A stretch of 58,130 nucleotides of DNA, counting the filler, from Sphacelaria rigidula (taxonomy: Eukaryota): the NCBI GenBank assembly GCA_964200075.2. It is 8 parts of 8 records of this genome, joined end to end, with 100 filler letters (N's around TTAATTAATTAA, not from the genome) between each part and the next. Parts side by side here need not be neighbours in the genome. Positions count along the whole stretch, not along the records: positions 1 to 7,179 come from CAXNAA020016111.1; positions 7,280 to 14,458 come from CAXNAA020016112.1; 6 more parts are not named here. One strand, 5' to 3'. How positions within the stretch are numbered: position 1 is the stretch's first letter; the number at the start of each line of letters is the position of its first letter. The translations under genes and the position numbers were made by a program. Under the pieces are notes generated by a model that saw only the letters and a program-made list of their open reading frames with translations, ran no database searches and was not told the DNA's origin. This document shows, in pieces, positions 1 through 11,108 of the stretch.

Positions 1-405
1 CAGATATCTACGCGGTACATTCGTACTGGGCATCTGATGCGGACACCTTCCGTAGTCACAGGCTAGCAAAAAACAAAAAAACAAAATAGACCCAGATTAA
101 AATTCACAAAACGCGATACAAGCAAGAACAGGGATAAATAATAAAGAAGAAATACATATGGCTAACCTCAGAAGATCCGGTGCCGCAGGTGGCCATTCGG
201 ACTTCAGGGGGTGGCACCCGACTTTCCAACTCGACGCGCGACGCCAAGTAGAAATGAACACAGGATCCGACTACAGGCAAGACTCAAGGCCCCAAATACC
301 GCCAACCGAAGAACTAAGAATTGCAACGTTCCTTCTTTCGGCCGGACAGCCACACGTAAAAGCATACCAGGTGTATCAAGACAAGCACTGCATGACATAA
401 CGACA
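1..405 (-). mobile_element. Possible LTR fragment cut by the contig edge
   Basis: On the minus strand a purine tract (GATGAGGGG) runs into TGTCGTTATG, followed by T-rich non-coding DNA loosely similar to 14110-14458. No second LTR is present to confirm. Confidence 0.25.
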
Positions 406-498
406 CCCCTCATCGGGGGGGGTTCATCCCTCAACCCCCCCTTCTCTGGACCGTCGCCATTGCTGTTACATTTTTGGACTCGATAACACGGGCCCTCA

Positions 499-1228
499 CC
501 TCTGCATTGATATTCAATAAAACGCACTGAATTCAATTACACGGGCGGAGCGCGTTATTTTCGAGCAGCACGCGCGCTAGCGTTTCCGTGTTGCCGACAC
601 CGTGCTAGCGCGCTTGTGCACTACAGCGTCGTACTCTCCTGTGGCAGCCCGTCACGGTATTCATCCTCATGTTTCATGACGCTTTATTCGAAAGAACGCA
701 GAATAAATGCCAGCGAGTCCATCGTTGTTGCACTTGGAGGTGTGGTGTACCAGTTTTTCGATCTATTACTGCCGCATGCTCCGTGGTGTACGAACTAGTG
801 TACCGTACTAGTTCAAGAACGGATATGCATGAAATAAACGTCAACGACATGTTCTGATTATCATGAACTGTACTGTGTACGAGGCGCGCGGACCGTAGTT
901 TGTGGCAGGGAGTGCAAGGACGCAACCATACTGCAGTACAGGTAGTTTTTCATGCAACACGTGATTCGAATGAGACACAAAACAAAGCATTTACATGATG
1001 GTACCTGGGCGTTTTGGTACTGAAACGAGTCCACCAGTCCCTCCCTTACCTACCGTAAGAGGATAAGCACCACGTCTAAATACAAAACAAGTTACGAGCA
1101 CACCTTCATTTTAGAGTAGAGGGCCCAGCCGAGACCACTCCGGGTTCACCGCCGGAATCCGAGACGGCAACGTCCCAAACACCGAAATAAATTGAAATTG
1201 GAAGCGCCCTGGACACAGGGCAATCTAT
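499..1228 (-). repeat. Dispersed repeat, copy 1, carrying 3' exons of an unidentified spliced gene
   Basis: Colinear with 12353-13121. Minus-strand exons 1005-1049 (VREGLVDSFQYQNAQ, AG/GT flanks) and 667-762 (IEKLVHHTSKCNNDGLAGIYSAFFRIKRHET*) join in phase 0. Confidence 0.75.
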
Positions 1229-2581
1229 CCAGAATAGTTGGCTTTGACGGAAGGACAGCCTGCTGCACATAAAAAATGACGTTGCTACGCAAATAGCGGG
1301 CGTCACAGTTACTCGTGCGTACGGTATGACCAGGAGTATATTGCCATTGCAGTAAAACACAACAGCAAGGGTGGTTGGGATATGGGACCGCATTTTACAG
1401 CGTCCACGGTAGTTGCAGCACGAAGTACACCCGAGTACCCGAGTTATCGACTGCCAAAACACGCTTGGTACTCAGGGCACCTGGGGTGTTGACTGAGTAA
1501 AACTGCCAAGAATCCCAGGTCACCTGATATATTACCCTGTACCCCCCCCCCCCCCCCCCCCCCCCCCCTCCACCCCTTTTGACCGCGACACGCCTGCCTC
1601 GCCCCCCCGGCGCGTGCCTGCCCCCCTTTTCNNNNNNNGACTGAGTAAAACTGCCAAGAATCCCCGGTCCCCTGATATATTACCCTGTACCCCCCCCCCC
1701 CCCCATCCTACTCTTACCATCACTTTGAACAGCGTAGCAGCTGCGATCGCGCCAGCGGTGTGTCTCATCACCCTTCTACGAAGATTCGTACCAAATTTAG
1801 TACTTTTTGCTGGCGAAAACACACCAAGCTTTATATTTTCTTCAAAAGGTCCACAAAAGAAAGTGCACCCTCCTCGCACAGCCATGAAAAAATGCTGCTA
1901 GACGCATTTTGGCTACAACCTGATGACCTCAATGATTGGGGAGTGGGGATGGAGGAGTGGACACGGCACTGCGAATATTGCTTTGTTTTCATCCGCTATA
2001 TTGCAGTGTACTGGGTGAACTGCTGCATCACAGTGTATTGTTTGGACATCAGGAAAGTAAAGTGTCCACTAACCTGTACCATGTAGGCCGCCTCGCGCTG
2101 TGCTACAGCGATGGGTGTTGACGTAGATCGTGTAAAGATAGATGTAGGAATAATGCCCTTGGGCGTGCTTCCACGTTTGTTCGCTCTACCCAACGGAAGA
2201 TTCTACTTTGCTTTCACGTGTGCTTTCCAGACCCCTAGCTGCTGTTTTGGGGGCAAGATTTGCGCCTTTTATGATGTGGCGAAACACAGTCGATAGGCGT
2301 TCTCCTACCTCCGGTATAATGACGTCGCCTATTCTAGTGCTTGACCAGTGGCACGAATTCACGAATGAACACAGTCCTTGAAAGCGACTCTATGTATGAC
2401 GAAGTCGAAAATTTGCTACAGAGAGGGCGGGCTAGGGAAGGAGGAGCGACGATCAGCCCCCGCGGTTGAAATTGAGTTTCGTGAACTGGAAAACCGAAGG
2501 CAAAAATGAAGGACAACAACACTAGATCCCACATGGTCACGCCCGTTTTCGCCCTCTGGAGATATTGAAAAGGCAAAATTC

Positions 2582-2625
2582 ATTATCGCGAGAGGAGTTC
2601 AGCAGTCCCTTTCCCTCGTCGACCA
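2582..2625 (-). repeat. Short fragment of SINE family B
   Basis: TTATCGCGAGAGGAGTTCAGCAGTCCCTTTCCCTCGTCGACCAT is nearly identical to 55217-55260 inside the SINE at 55046-55418. Confidence 0.8.
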
Positions 2626-2631
2626 TCACGC

Positions 2632-2986
2632 ATATATTATTATTATTAGTTAGTCATGATCAGCATTATTATCATCATTTTTATTATTTGTCACACCTCG
2701 AACCCTTCCCCTCCCTCGGGACGAGGCCGTGGTCTCAAGGAATCAACCCACTCTCCCCAGTACACACCTTGCATTTTGGTCTCGCAGATTGGGTCAACAC
2801 TCCTTCACCGCGTCAACTCTCGTCAAACAAGCTCAGTCAACTACTTTTGTTTACTCATGTGCTAACGGTTTCGACGATGGAAATGAGATAATTCGAAGAA
2901 AAAGCCCAATGCGTCGGGATTCGGACCCTCGTTCTCTCTCTCCTTATGGTGATAGCCGGACCATTACGCCACTGGGGCGTGGCGGC
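2632..2986 (-). mobile_element. tRNA-derived SINE family A, copy 1
   Basis: Minus-strand head with A box TGGCGTAATGG and B-box-like GGTCCGAATCC, body colinear with 10792-11108, and a degenerate (AAT)n tail. Confidence 0.85.
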
Positions 2987-4298
2987 AGCCTATATGCGCC
3001 GGCGTATGCCGCATGGAGCCAGTGAAGCGCTCTATAACTCGAATCATGTGAAGGTGACATGTGCGATAACCACTTTGAAGAAACAAGATGGCTCATGAAC
3101 AATGTGTTTTCCGGTAGTGAAGGAGCCCAAATAACAGAGTTGCTGTTTTGGCATAGTCGTGAAGGCACAAGGTCTGCTCATTGTCATCCTTTTCTATACG
3201 TCGATGTGACGAGGCCCGACGACAGTTAAATATCCCACTATCACGGACCATCGCATAGGTGGCTCTTATGCTGCCGCCTGGGATCGCAGTGCTGAATGGT
3301 TGACCGTTCGTTGGAGATACTCATATCGTCTACCCAATGCCTCAACCCGATACCCATGATCCTCTCCAGCACGACATGGTGGCCATTCTGCACAGAATGG
3401 GGAAGAAGGAGGAACAGCTCCGGGAGGAGAAGCTGATCTTTCTCAAGAGACAAGGTAGGACATATTGAACCAAAATGGCCGTTGTGTGCGCCTTATGCAA
3501 GCAAGGATCCACCAAGAACTACTTGCAGTATTCGACGGACCGAATATCGTGGCTCCCTGCGAGAAGTATAGCAAACGTTGGGTTCTCCACGACCCTATCC
3601 TTGTAAGCACCCCGGGGCGTGCTGCACACAGTGCGCGGACGTCCGTGACGTGTCAGCAAGTCAATAACCTTGCAACACTCAGAAGGGCCGCGGGCCGCGC
3701 TCTTAGCTGGATTTATGGTGCACAATTGCCGCGTTCATCTTCATGCCGATTCCTTTATCAGATTCGGCACGTACACCGTTGACACGACGAATAGCAGCGC
3801 ACTAATCACGTTGGCCGTGAACTCGTTGCCTTCCTCAGATTAATGAAATATAAGTGGCCATAAGCATCGAGGTGTTAGTATAGTGTTCAGACGTGCGTAG
3901 AAGGAGCACATGACGTGTTTATCTGCTACCTTTTTCAGAAGTTCGAGCCTGATATTGTCTGAGCAGTCGCACATGCAATATTCAGGGGGAAGAGTGTGCA
4001 TTACAATACCAGTTTGTCCTCACTTTGAAGGAGATCGGAGTCGATGGGCACCTAATGCCTTCAGCTAAGATTTCACTTTTCGTGCCCACACAAGACTACT
4101 GCACGTACGGTCTGCAGCAAGTAGATGAATGGAGCTAATGTGGGGTACATGAAGTGACACCGCAGCAACTGTAGAGTACAAGCGCGGATATCCTCGTTAA
4201 CGAAAAACGAGTGCCTCTTTGAATGCAGGCTGTGCAGAGAACGCCCTCCCCTCCAGATTCGCCAGGTCTAGATTTACCCCGCGCACACTCACTATCCT

Positions 4299-5333
4299 GT
4301 GTGCATGTCGCCGTGTTCAACAATTCTGCTAGTGCGACCTTCGTTTTTTCCTATCTGCTCAATGCTAGGAAGTGGAGGTGGTTTTCGGAGTGCTGCGTCG
4401 TCGGGAGTACCTTGTCCCTCCCCTTCCCATATTGCGGTCGACCAAGCCACTTCATCCCCGACCGCACCGTCGTCCTCAGCGAATCCACAAGAAAGCACTC
4501 AACGTGAGGATTACGTTGCACCTGATCAAGCAGCGGCTACTGCACTCGATGGGAACACGCCAGTCGAGGCTGCGGGGCCTACCAATCTTTCTCGGCCATC
4601 AGCCGCCGCCGCCGCCATCGCTGTCGCCGCCGCTGGAGCCTTATCCGCCACACCATCTTGGCCGACAGTGACGAACGCACTGCCGGTGTTGACCGTTTCC
4701 GCTGAAGCTCCTCGGTTGCCTTCAACCCCCGCTTGTACGTCACCCGTTGCCGCTGCGGATGGGGCCTCATGCACCATATCTTCTTCGCCGATGGTTGCAA
4801 ACTCGCAGCCAATGCCAACAGTTTCCGCTGAAGCTCCGCGGGTAACTTCAGTTCCCGCTTGTACGCCGCCCGTTGCAGCGCAGGTAGCTGCCGCCGGGTC
4901 CGCGCTGACGACGGCAGAAGCGATTACCTGGCCGCCGTCGGCAGCTATCGCGGCGAACGCGGCGCCTGTTTCAAGCGCAGCGACAGTCACTGGAGCGGGA
5001 GAAAGGCAGCCACCGCCGCAGCCGCCGTTGAAGAGGAAAAGGGGGCGTCCGCGCAAATATCCCATTGTTGCTGGCAGCGGTGCCTCTGACGCTAAGAGAG
5101 AGCAGAAGGAAGGTAATGAACAGGACACGGGTGCGGTTACGTGTCTCAATTCTACACAGAAAGGGAAGGGCAAGGGCAAGGCGCGAGGTCCTACGGCTAC
5201 AACTGCATGTGAGCTGATCGTGTGTGTTTTGTACTTGACCGTGGAAGTTGGATTGCACGCGAGGTTACGACTGTGCAGGCAGAGCCTTCTGCGGCTAGAT
5301 AGTGGACGCACTGAGAAAAGAGGGAAGTTTTGA
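4299..5333 (+). CDS. Ala/Pro/Ser/Thr-rich ORF or exon with an AT-hook motif (probably partial or TE-associated)
   Basis: 344-codon frame; KRKRGRPRKYP at 5031-5063 matches the AT-hook core RGRP; internal ~58-nt duplication (4692-4749 and 4818-4876); possible donor GTGAGC near 5209. True boundaries are uncertain. Confidence 0.5.
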   Translation: MCMSPCSTILLVRPSFFPICSMLGSGGGFRSAASSGVPCPSPSHIAVDQATSSPTAPSSSANPQESTQREDYVAPDQAAATALDGNTPVEAAGPTNLSRPSAAAAAIAVAAAGALSATPSWPTVTNALPVLTVSAEAPRLPSTPACTSPVAAADGASCTISSSPMVANSQPMPTVSAEAPRVTSVPACTPPVAAQVAAAGSALTTAEAITWPPSAAIAANAAPVSSAATVTGAGERQPPPQPPLKRKRGRPRKYPIVAGSGASDAKREQKEGNEQDTGAVTCLNSTQKGKGKGKARGPTATTACELIVCVLYLTVEVGLHARLRLCRQSLLRLDSGRTEKRGKF

Positions 5334-5533
5334 CGCAGAGTATTCCCGGGTACATGGCTTGTCCTCGAAGGCTTAGTCCGTCAAGATCTTATGCTGGAGG
5401 TGCATTCGTCCGACCCGTTGTTGTATCTCTTGAGCGAAGGGTGTAGTCAACGTTGGCTAGTATCTCTCACCACCTTTTTGTTGCGCCGTTTTACGAGCTG
5501 GGCCAGCCGAAAAGCGAATTTGTAGTTTGAAGG

Positions 5534-5808
5534 CCCATTCACCAGCCAATATTTAGAGTTGGACACTGAAATTTGTTATGAACACTACATAGAGCATAAC
5601 AAAAACAAACACCAGTGCAGACGAGGGTTTTTCGTTTTTTTTATGAGTTAAGGACAATAATCGGTTTTCAGGGGGTATCAGTAAAATGCCCTTAACTCAT
5701 GAAAAAACGTAAAACCCTTGGGTGCACGGGTATTTGATTTTATTATGCTCTATGCATTGTCCATACCAAATTTCAGGGTCTAACTCTAAATGTTGGCCGG
5801 TGAATGGG
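5534..5808. repeat. Imperfect palindrome, ~120-bp arms, ~30-nt loop
   Basis: CCCATTCACCAGCCAATATTTAGAGTT...TATGAGTTAAGGACA pairs with TGCCCTTAACTCATG...AACTCTAAATGTTGGCCGGTGAATGGG. Confidence 0.9.
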
Positions 5809-6238
5809 ACGTCTCGTGACGGGGTCAGAAGAAATTCGGAACAGTATTTTTCAGGCCACTTACCGGCCCACGTTTGGTGTCTGTGTATTGAAACTTTGTG
5901 TGGGCCATGGCTAGGGCATAAAGACGAAAGAAAGTGGGTCAGGTTTTATTTTTTATATTTTTTACTGTTTCAGGGCGTTTTAGTACGGAAACGACAATTT
6001 TTTTACGAGAACACCCGAACCTCTCCCCCCCCTAAAAAAATTGAGGGCCCATTATTTTCATTATTCAGCATACCTCTGTGGTTCTTGATCATGAGTTTCA
6101 AGTCACAATTCTACAAATTGAGCTTGAAAATTGATATAAGGCTCAAGAGCAGTGTTCATGTCTCCTCAAAACTGCCCCGGCAAAAATGAAAACGCCCCCC
6201 CAAAACATTGAAAAAGCTGTTTATTCAAGCTTTATTAA

Positions 6239-7170
6239 GCACTAGTGGTTCTTCATGCGAAATTCCATAGTATAACTTTTGAAAGCTAAGACGCGATATC
6301 CATATTTAGTTCATGTAGCGCCTCTGCCCGTAATGCATTGATTTTAGTATAGAAACTTATGTGCGCCATATCTCGAGATATATTACGAATTAGGTGAAGG
6401 TGAGGGTACCTGTCGTCTCCCCGGACTCCAGGGAATGTGCACACCAAAAATCGCCGTCATCCGCTGATTGCATCGATCGGGGGTTTTATGGATATTTTAG
6501 TATGGACGCAATCTCTATTAGGTATAGGAATTACTAGACATGGGGTTTTATCAACGAGAAAATATGGGCCCAAACTTTTTAGCAGATGGGCACTTTCCCC
6601 TTGGTTAGACGATTAATACAATATGTGGATCATGGCCCAACTCGTCCGTGTCCAGGAGATATTGCTTTCAGAGCTTAAATCCGTTTTCAGGCTGGCCCAG
6701 CTCGTATGCACTAGCGGTTCTCCATACGAAATTTCATAGCACAACTCTCAAAAATTGAGATGCGATATCCACATTCAGGGGATCTAGCGCCTCTGCTCGT
6801 AATATATTGATTTTATTGTCGAAACTCATGTGCGCCATATCTCGAGATAAATTACGAACTAGAAGGTGAGGGTATATATCGTCTCCCGGTGCTCCAGGGA
6901 AGGTCCGCACCAAAAATCGTCATGATCCGCTGAGCGTATCGTTCGGGGTTTCATAAAGATTTCAGTGTTGACGCTATCACCGCACGGTATAAGAATTACT
7001 TGACATGGAGTTTAATCAACGAGGAAATATTAGCCCAGAGTTTTCAGGAGATGGGGATCTTCCCATTGATTGCACGATTAAAACGATATGCGGATCACGG
7101 CCCAACCCTTCTGTGTCGATGAGATATGCTTTTGAAGCTTAAATTCCTTTTTTGGCTGGCCCAGCGCGTA
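6239..7170 (+). repeat. Diverged tandem duplication, period ~469 bp
   Basis: 6239-6706 and 6708-7170 are colinear from GCACTAG(T/C)GGTTCT to the terminal inverted repeat. Confidence 0.9.
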
Positions 7171-7179
7171 CATTTCTTC

Positions 7180-7279
7180 NNNNNNNNNNNNNNNNNNNNN
7201 NNNNNNNNNNNNNNNNNNNNNNNTTAATTAATTAANNNNNNNNNNNNNNNNNNNNNNNNNNNNNNNNNNNNNNNNNNNN
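7180..7279. other. Artificial contig-joining spacer (N44-TTAATTAATTAA-N44); also at 14459-14558, 21738-21837, 29017-29116, 36296-36395, 43575-43674, 50853-50952
   Basis: The same 100-nt spacer with a six-frame stop linker recurs seven times between segments of near-identical length (7179 then 7178 bp), as expected for length-sorted contigs. Confidence 0.98.
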
Positions 7280-7332
7280 GATGCGAGGTCAATGGTCTTA
7301 TGACTATGGCATGCATGATCATGAGTACACCC
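7280..7332 (+). mobile_element. hAT-like transposon terminus (shared with 58064-58120)
   Basis: TGCGAGGTCAATGGTCTTATGACTATGGCATGCATGATCATGAGTACACCC is the reverse complement of 58064-58114. Confidence 0.6.
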
Positions 7333-8414
7333 CGCCCTACCCCGCGATGTGCGCTCCCGTACGTCATCGTTCCGCACCTCCCGCGCGTTAGGTGGAGTCG
7401 TTGATGAAGGGGCACCACTTGAGGTCCTCGTTGCCGCGTTTTCCGGGGAAGAAATCTAAGCTGTGGATTAACCACGGTGACTTGTCGTTCGTAGAGGACA
7501 GGCGACGGTCGCTCGAACAATACCTGAAAATTCTTCTTCAGGCGAGTCTTGTTTGTTTTTAATTTCTTACTTTTTGTTTTTCCTTGCTTTCGATGGATTT
7601 TTGGTCATGTGCAGAGACGAACGTTCTTTCGGTCGGAGTACGTTTCCGGAATTTCTACTTTTTATACCTCGTGGTCTTTCTTTTTCCACACGCCGGATTG
7701 TCGAGGTTGGTTCTCACGAATCGGCGCCCCAAATTCATTTGTTGAACATACTGTGTGTGTCTTTATTTTTAGCTTAAGCTTTTAACGCTATCCCTAACAA
7801 GCTCATCTCTAACTGGAACCTGAACTCGAACACCGAGAGCCCTCGGGTGAGAAGGATGCACTAAGAGTCCTAGGTATGTGTGCGTTGGCAGAGGTAAAAT
7901 CGGCACTGAGCCGAAAAAAACGCGTGCCGACCACGCCGGGAAAATCCTTGGGACTGTGAGACCCGTAGAAAATCCGGATATGATGGCCCACGCTGAAGCC
8001 AGTTATGTGTATGTCAACCGAGGATTTGGGGTGTCGGGAACTCAGGAACTCTACTGGAGTTCTTCAACCGCCAACATTATCGTACTATTATTACGAGTAC
8101 CAACAGTAGTCGTCGAGTTCGACTTTATGACGAATATATCAAATGCTCTTTCTTTTGGCTCGTTTTTTTTTCTTTTGTCATATCACAATCACAATCACAA
8201 TTGCTCGCACAACACCAGAGATACCGAGTATGTCCCGTAGTCCCACGGCGGTGTAAGGGAGGGCAGGGGGGGGGGGGGTTAGGGGCATACCAATATTTTG
8301 CTTGCCTTAGTCGTTTGACCATCGACCACGCATCCCTTTCGAGCCGGAGCGGTGTAAAGGGGTCGAGAGGTGAGGCATGGTTGCGCTGTGAAAATAGCGT
8401 AGCCAAAAATTGAC

Positions 8415-10090
8415 ATGTCAACCCTCAACATGCGTTTTTTCCAAACGACTCCCGACGACTTCTCTGTCTCTTTTTTCAAGATCTTCAGGTCAGAAACATT
8501 GTGGTCATGGTTGTTCGCTGGAACATTCTCACATCGGTGTTTTGGGTGCGTTGGATCACGTTCGCTTCCCTACTTCTCTCCTACTCGCCGCAGCTCCCGC
8601 ACGTGAGCACCCTCGATTCCACACGGGCTTTCCTGGGTATGGTTGGAAATTTACGAGAATTTTCCGTGATCTGGGAATCCAAGGAGCTCGGCGTGACGCT
8701 GAAGAGCGCTGCAGACGTTGCGGGCGGTCGAATAGGTGGCAGCAGTGGGGTTATGCCCTCCGGGGACGCATCAACAAGTGGTTCACCTGTGGTTTCTTCT
8801 GTGCTGGTGAGGAAGATGAACACTCTTGCGCTGAAAACTCTGACTTCAGTGCTCTCTTGAGCTGAATGTAAAAAACAAATGGCAGAGATCGAATAGCCTC
8901 CATCAATAGACACGTGAGAGTGTTGTTTCCCTTCCGAGGGTCTGGGGAGGCACTGCAGGGCCGCATCTACGCTTGATCGCGGAAATATTTTTACGTAGCA
9001 GGGTCATGCTACGATAGGAGGGCGGGGATGTTCGATTCCACGAAATAGTGTGCTCATAGGTGCGTCAGACGACCCAATACACTCGCGGTGCGCTTGTATT
9101 TGGGTAAAAGCGATGTCAAGCAGTATGAATGAGCGTCACAAATCGGGAGTAAGCACATTCGAAGTACCGTTGCTGCTATCTACGACGATTGTAAGTAGAA
9201 TTTCGTGGAAGAAAATGGCCCAATATACTCCCCCCCTGTCGTAGCATGACTCATCACATGAATACTTTCAGTGAACCCCTTCGGATCTGAGTATATCTAT
9301 GCTAACAGTTTTCGACCGGCAATATGAGGTACGGCCATGGCTATTGATTCTTCTATTTTGGAAAGGGGTGGAATTTTGTAGAAATTTGCCAACATGTTGA
9401 GTTATCATACCCATGAACGCGTGCAGAAGAGCTGCAAATGGCAGAGTTGACCTGTTTCGGGTGTTATTGGTACATATACACCGATGTGTTCGGACTAACG
9501 GGTGCAAAGCCAAGGCACGGGTAAGCGCAGTACATTCCTTTTGAAGTATCCCTCTTTTGACCATCAGCACTCAGCATGAAACACACAGAAGAATCGAAAA
9601 TATTCTACAAGTGCCGACGCTCTCTCGCGGATCGATGTAGATAGCCCCCCATGCCGATCCGCCCTCGAGTGCTTCCGGCGGCCGCCGCAGCCCCTCCCCC
9701 ATGAGGGCCGACCTCTTGCCGAACGATTTATTTCGATAGTGCGCCCCTTTTCGTTAGTTTAACATTATTATGTCGGGCCCTTCACCCGCTCCCCAACACT
9801 TGGGACTTGCGCACGTGAGGGACGTCCAGAAACGTGGCGTACACAGCATTCAGTAGTACTGTTCTCCAGTCTTGCTGCCTGAATTTTTCTCTTGAATGCT
9901 CGCTGAAACTCCTTGTCTCGTGCACAGGAGCGCTTGCCACGTCCCAATCGTTGTGCAACTGCACATTGCACGTTTTACAACGGCATGGACGGAGCGAGAG
10001 ATACATCGAAGACACTCCTACGAACTCGTCTGGACTTGATTTCGCCCAGTAAGAATCAGCTCCAGAGAGCTTGCACCCAATCTGACTCAA
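8415..10090 (-). pseudogene. Decayed multi-exon coding remnants with Cys motifs (possibly a DNA-transposon gene)
   Basis: Protein-like pieces with stops: acceptor TTTTTACATTCAG near 8863 then ...RVLTCGSCGE*, and ...YLSLRPCRCKTC... in 9782-10090. No family recognised. Confidence 0.3.
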
Positions 10091-10791
10091 CCATCAGTAC
10101 ACAGATGACTACACATGGAAAGGGTGACTGTTGCCGCCATAAATCAGAGGCGCGTGTGTAATGTTTGTGTGGATATTCGTGCGTCTTCGATAACCCATCA
10201 GACCCGCCGCCTCAAATGTTGATACAGGGTCTATGTCGCCAGCTAGCCCAGCACCGTCATGTTCAGCCTCCTGAAATCTCATTTTTTTTCGGCGACCTGC
10301 AATAGCCAGTTCGATCGAAAGCCGTCGATCGCCACAAACGTTTTCTATTGTACGGGCTGAAAATACCTCAAATTTCCGGCGAGCGGGCACAATGCAGTAC
10401 GTACTTCTATCCTTGCGTGTACCAAATCAGTGGTGCTCCCCTGGTGTCTCGTGTTTTGTAATCTACGCAATATGAGCCCTTCAATATGTGGGCCAAGGAA
10501 ACAACACCTGCAAAGCCTAAATAATACCTGTTTGAATATAATTGCTTTCTAATATACCGACACTGCTGGTGTCGTATGTACAACTTCTCTTCTTTTTTTT
10601 TCGTGTACGATGTAAGTAGGGCGCACACCCGGCAAACACGCGCGCAAACTCTATGGAACGCACGCGGTGTAGTACGCACCGCCAAGCCCCGAGACCTGCG
10701 TTAAAAAAACGAGGGCTAGTGTGCAAACGGCGGCATGGCTCGCCGCGTCTTTCGATGGGCGAAGAACAACAAGCCGCATTCATGTCCGCTT

Positions 10792-11108
10792 GCCGCGACC
10801 CGATGGTGTACTGGTCCGACTGTCACCATTAGGGCGGAGAGAACGAGGGTTCGACTCCCAGTGCGATGGGTTTTTCCTACCTAATATATTCTTTTCACCG
10901 CGGAAAGCGTGAGAACGTGAGTAAACAAAGTAGTCGACTGAGTTTGTTTGGCGTCAGTTGACGCAGTGCGGGAGTGCTGATGGTCATGATCCAATCCGCG
11001 AGACCAAAATGCAAGGAGTGTACCGAGGAGAGAGGGGTTGATCCCTTGAGACCACGGACTCAACCCGAGGAAGGGGAGGGGTTCAAAGTGCGACACATGA
11101 AAAATAAT
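10792..11108 (+). mobile_element. tRNA-derived SINE family A, copy 2
   Basis: A box TGGTGTACTGG (10804-10814), B box GGTTCGACTCC (10848-10858), body matching the reverse complement of 2690-2986, short A-rich tail. Confidence 0.85.

Larger units (their letters stand above)
5492..7170. mobile_element. Non-autonomous TIR DNA transposon (Tc1/mariner-like, TA-flanked) with duplicated right end
   Basis: Left end TA-CGAGCTGGGCCAGCCGAAAAGCGAATTT; inverted copies end at 6706 (CTGGCCCAGCTCG-TA) and 7170 (CTGGCCCAGCGCG-TA); AT-rich with no transposase ORF. Superfamily inferred from the TA flanks. Confidence 0.8.

Noticed and set aside
1104..1225. TGA shared by both repeat copies as possible selenocysteine
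   Set aside because: The coding frame of this exon is ambiguous, another frame is open through it, and no SECIS was identified.
1490..1705. Direct repeat GACTGAGTAAAACTGCCAAGAATCCC...poly-C
   Set aside because: The copies flank a 7-N gap next to poly-C runs; probably an unmerged overlap.
7180..7279. TTAATTAATTAA recurring every ~7.28 kb
   Set aside because: Artificial linker embedded in N runs; the periodicity reflects length-sorted contigs.
10792..10870. tRNA gene (also 2910-2986 and 55345-55418)
   Set aside because: A and B boxes are present but I could not fold a cloverleaf, and each head continues into a repeated body and tail, so these are SINEs.
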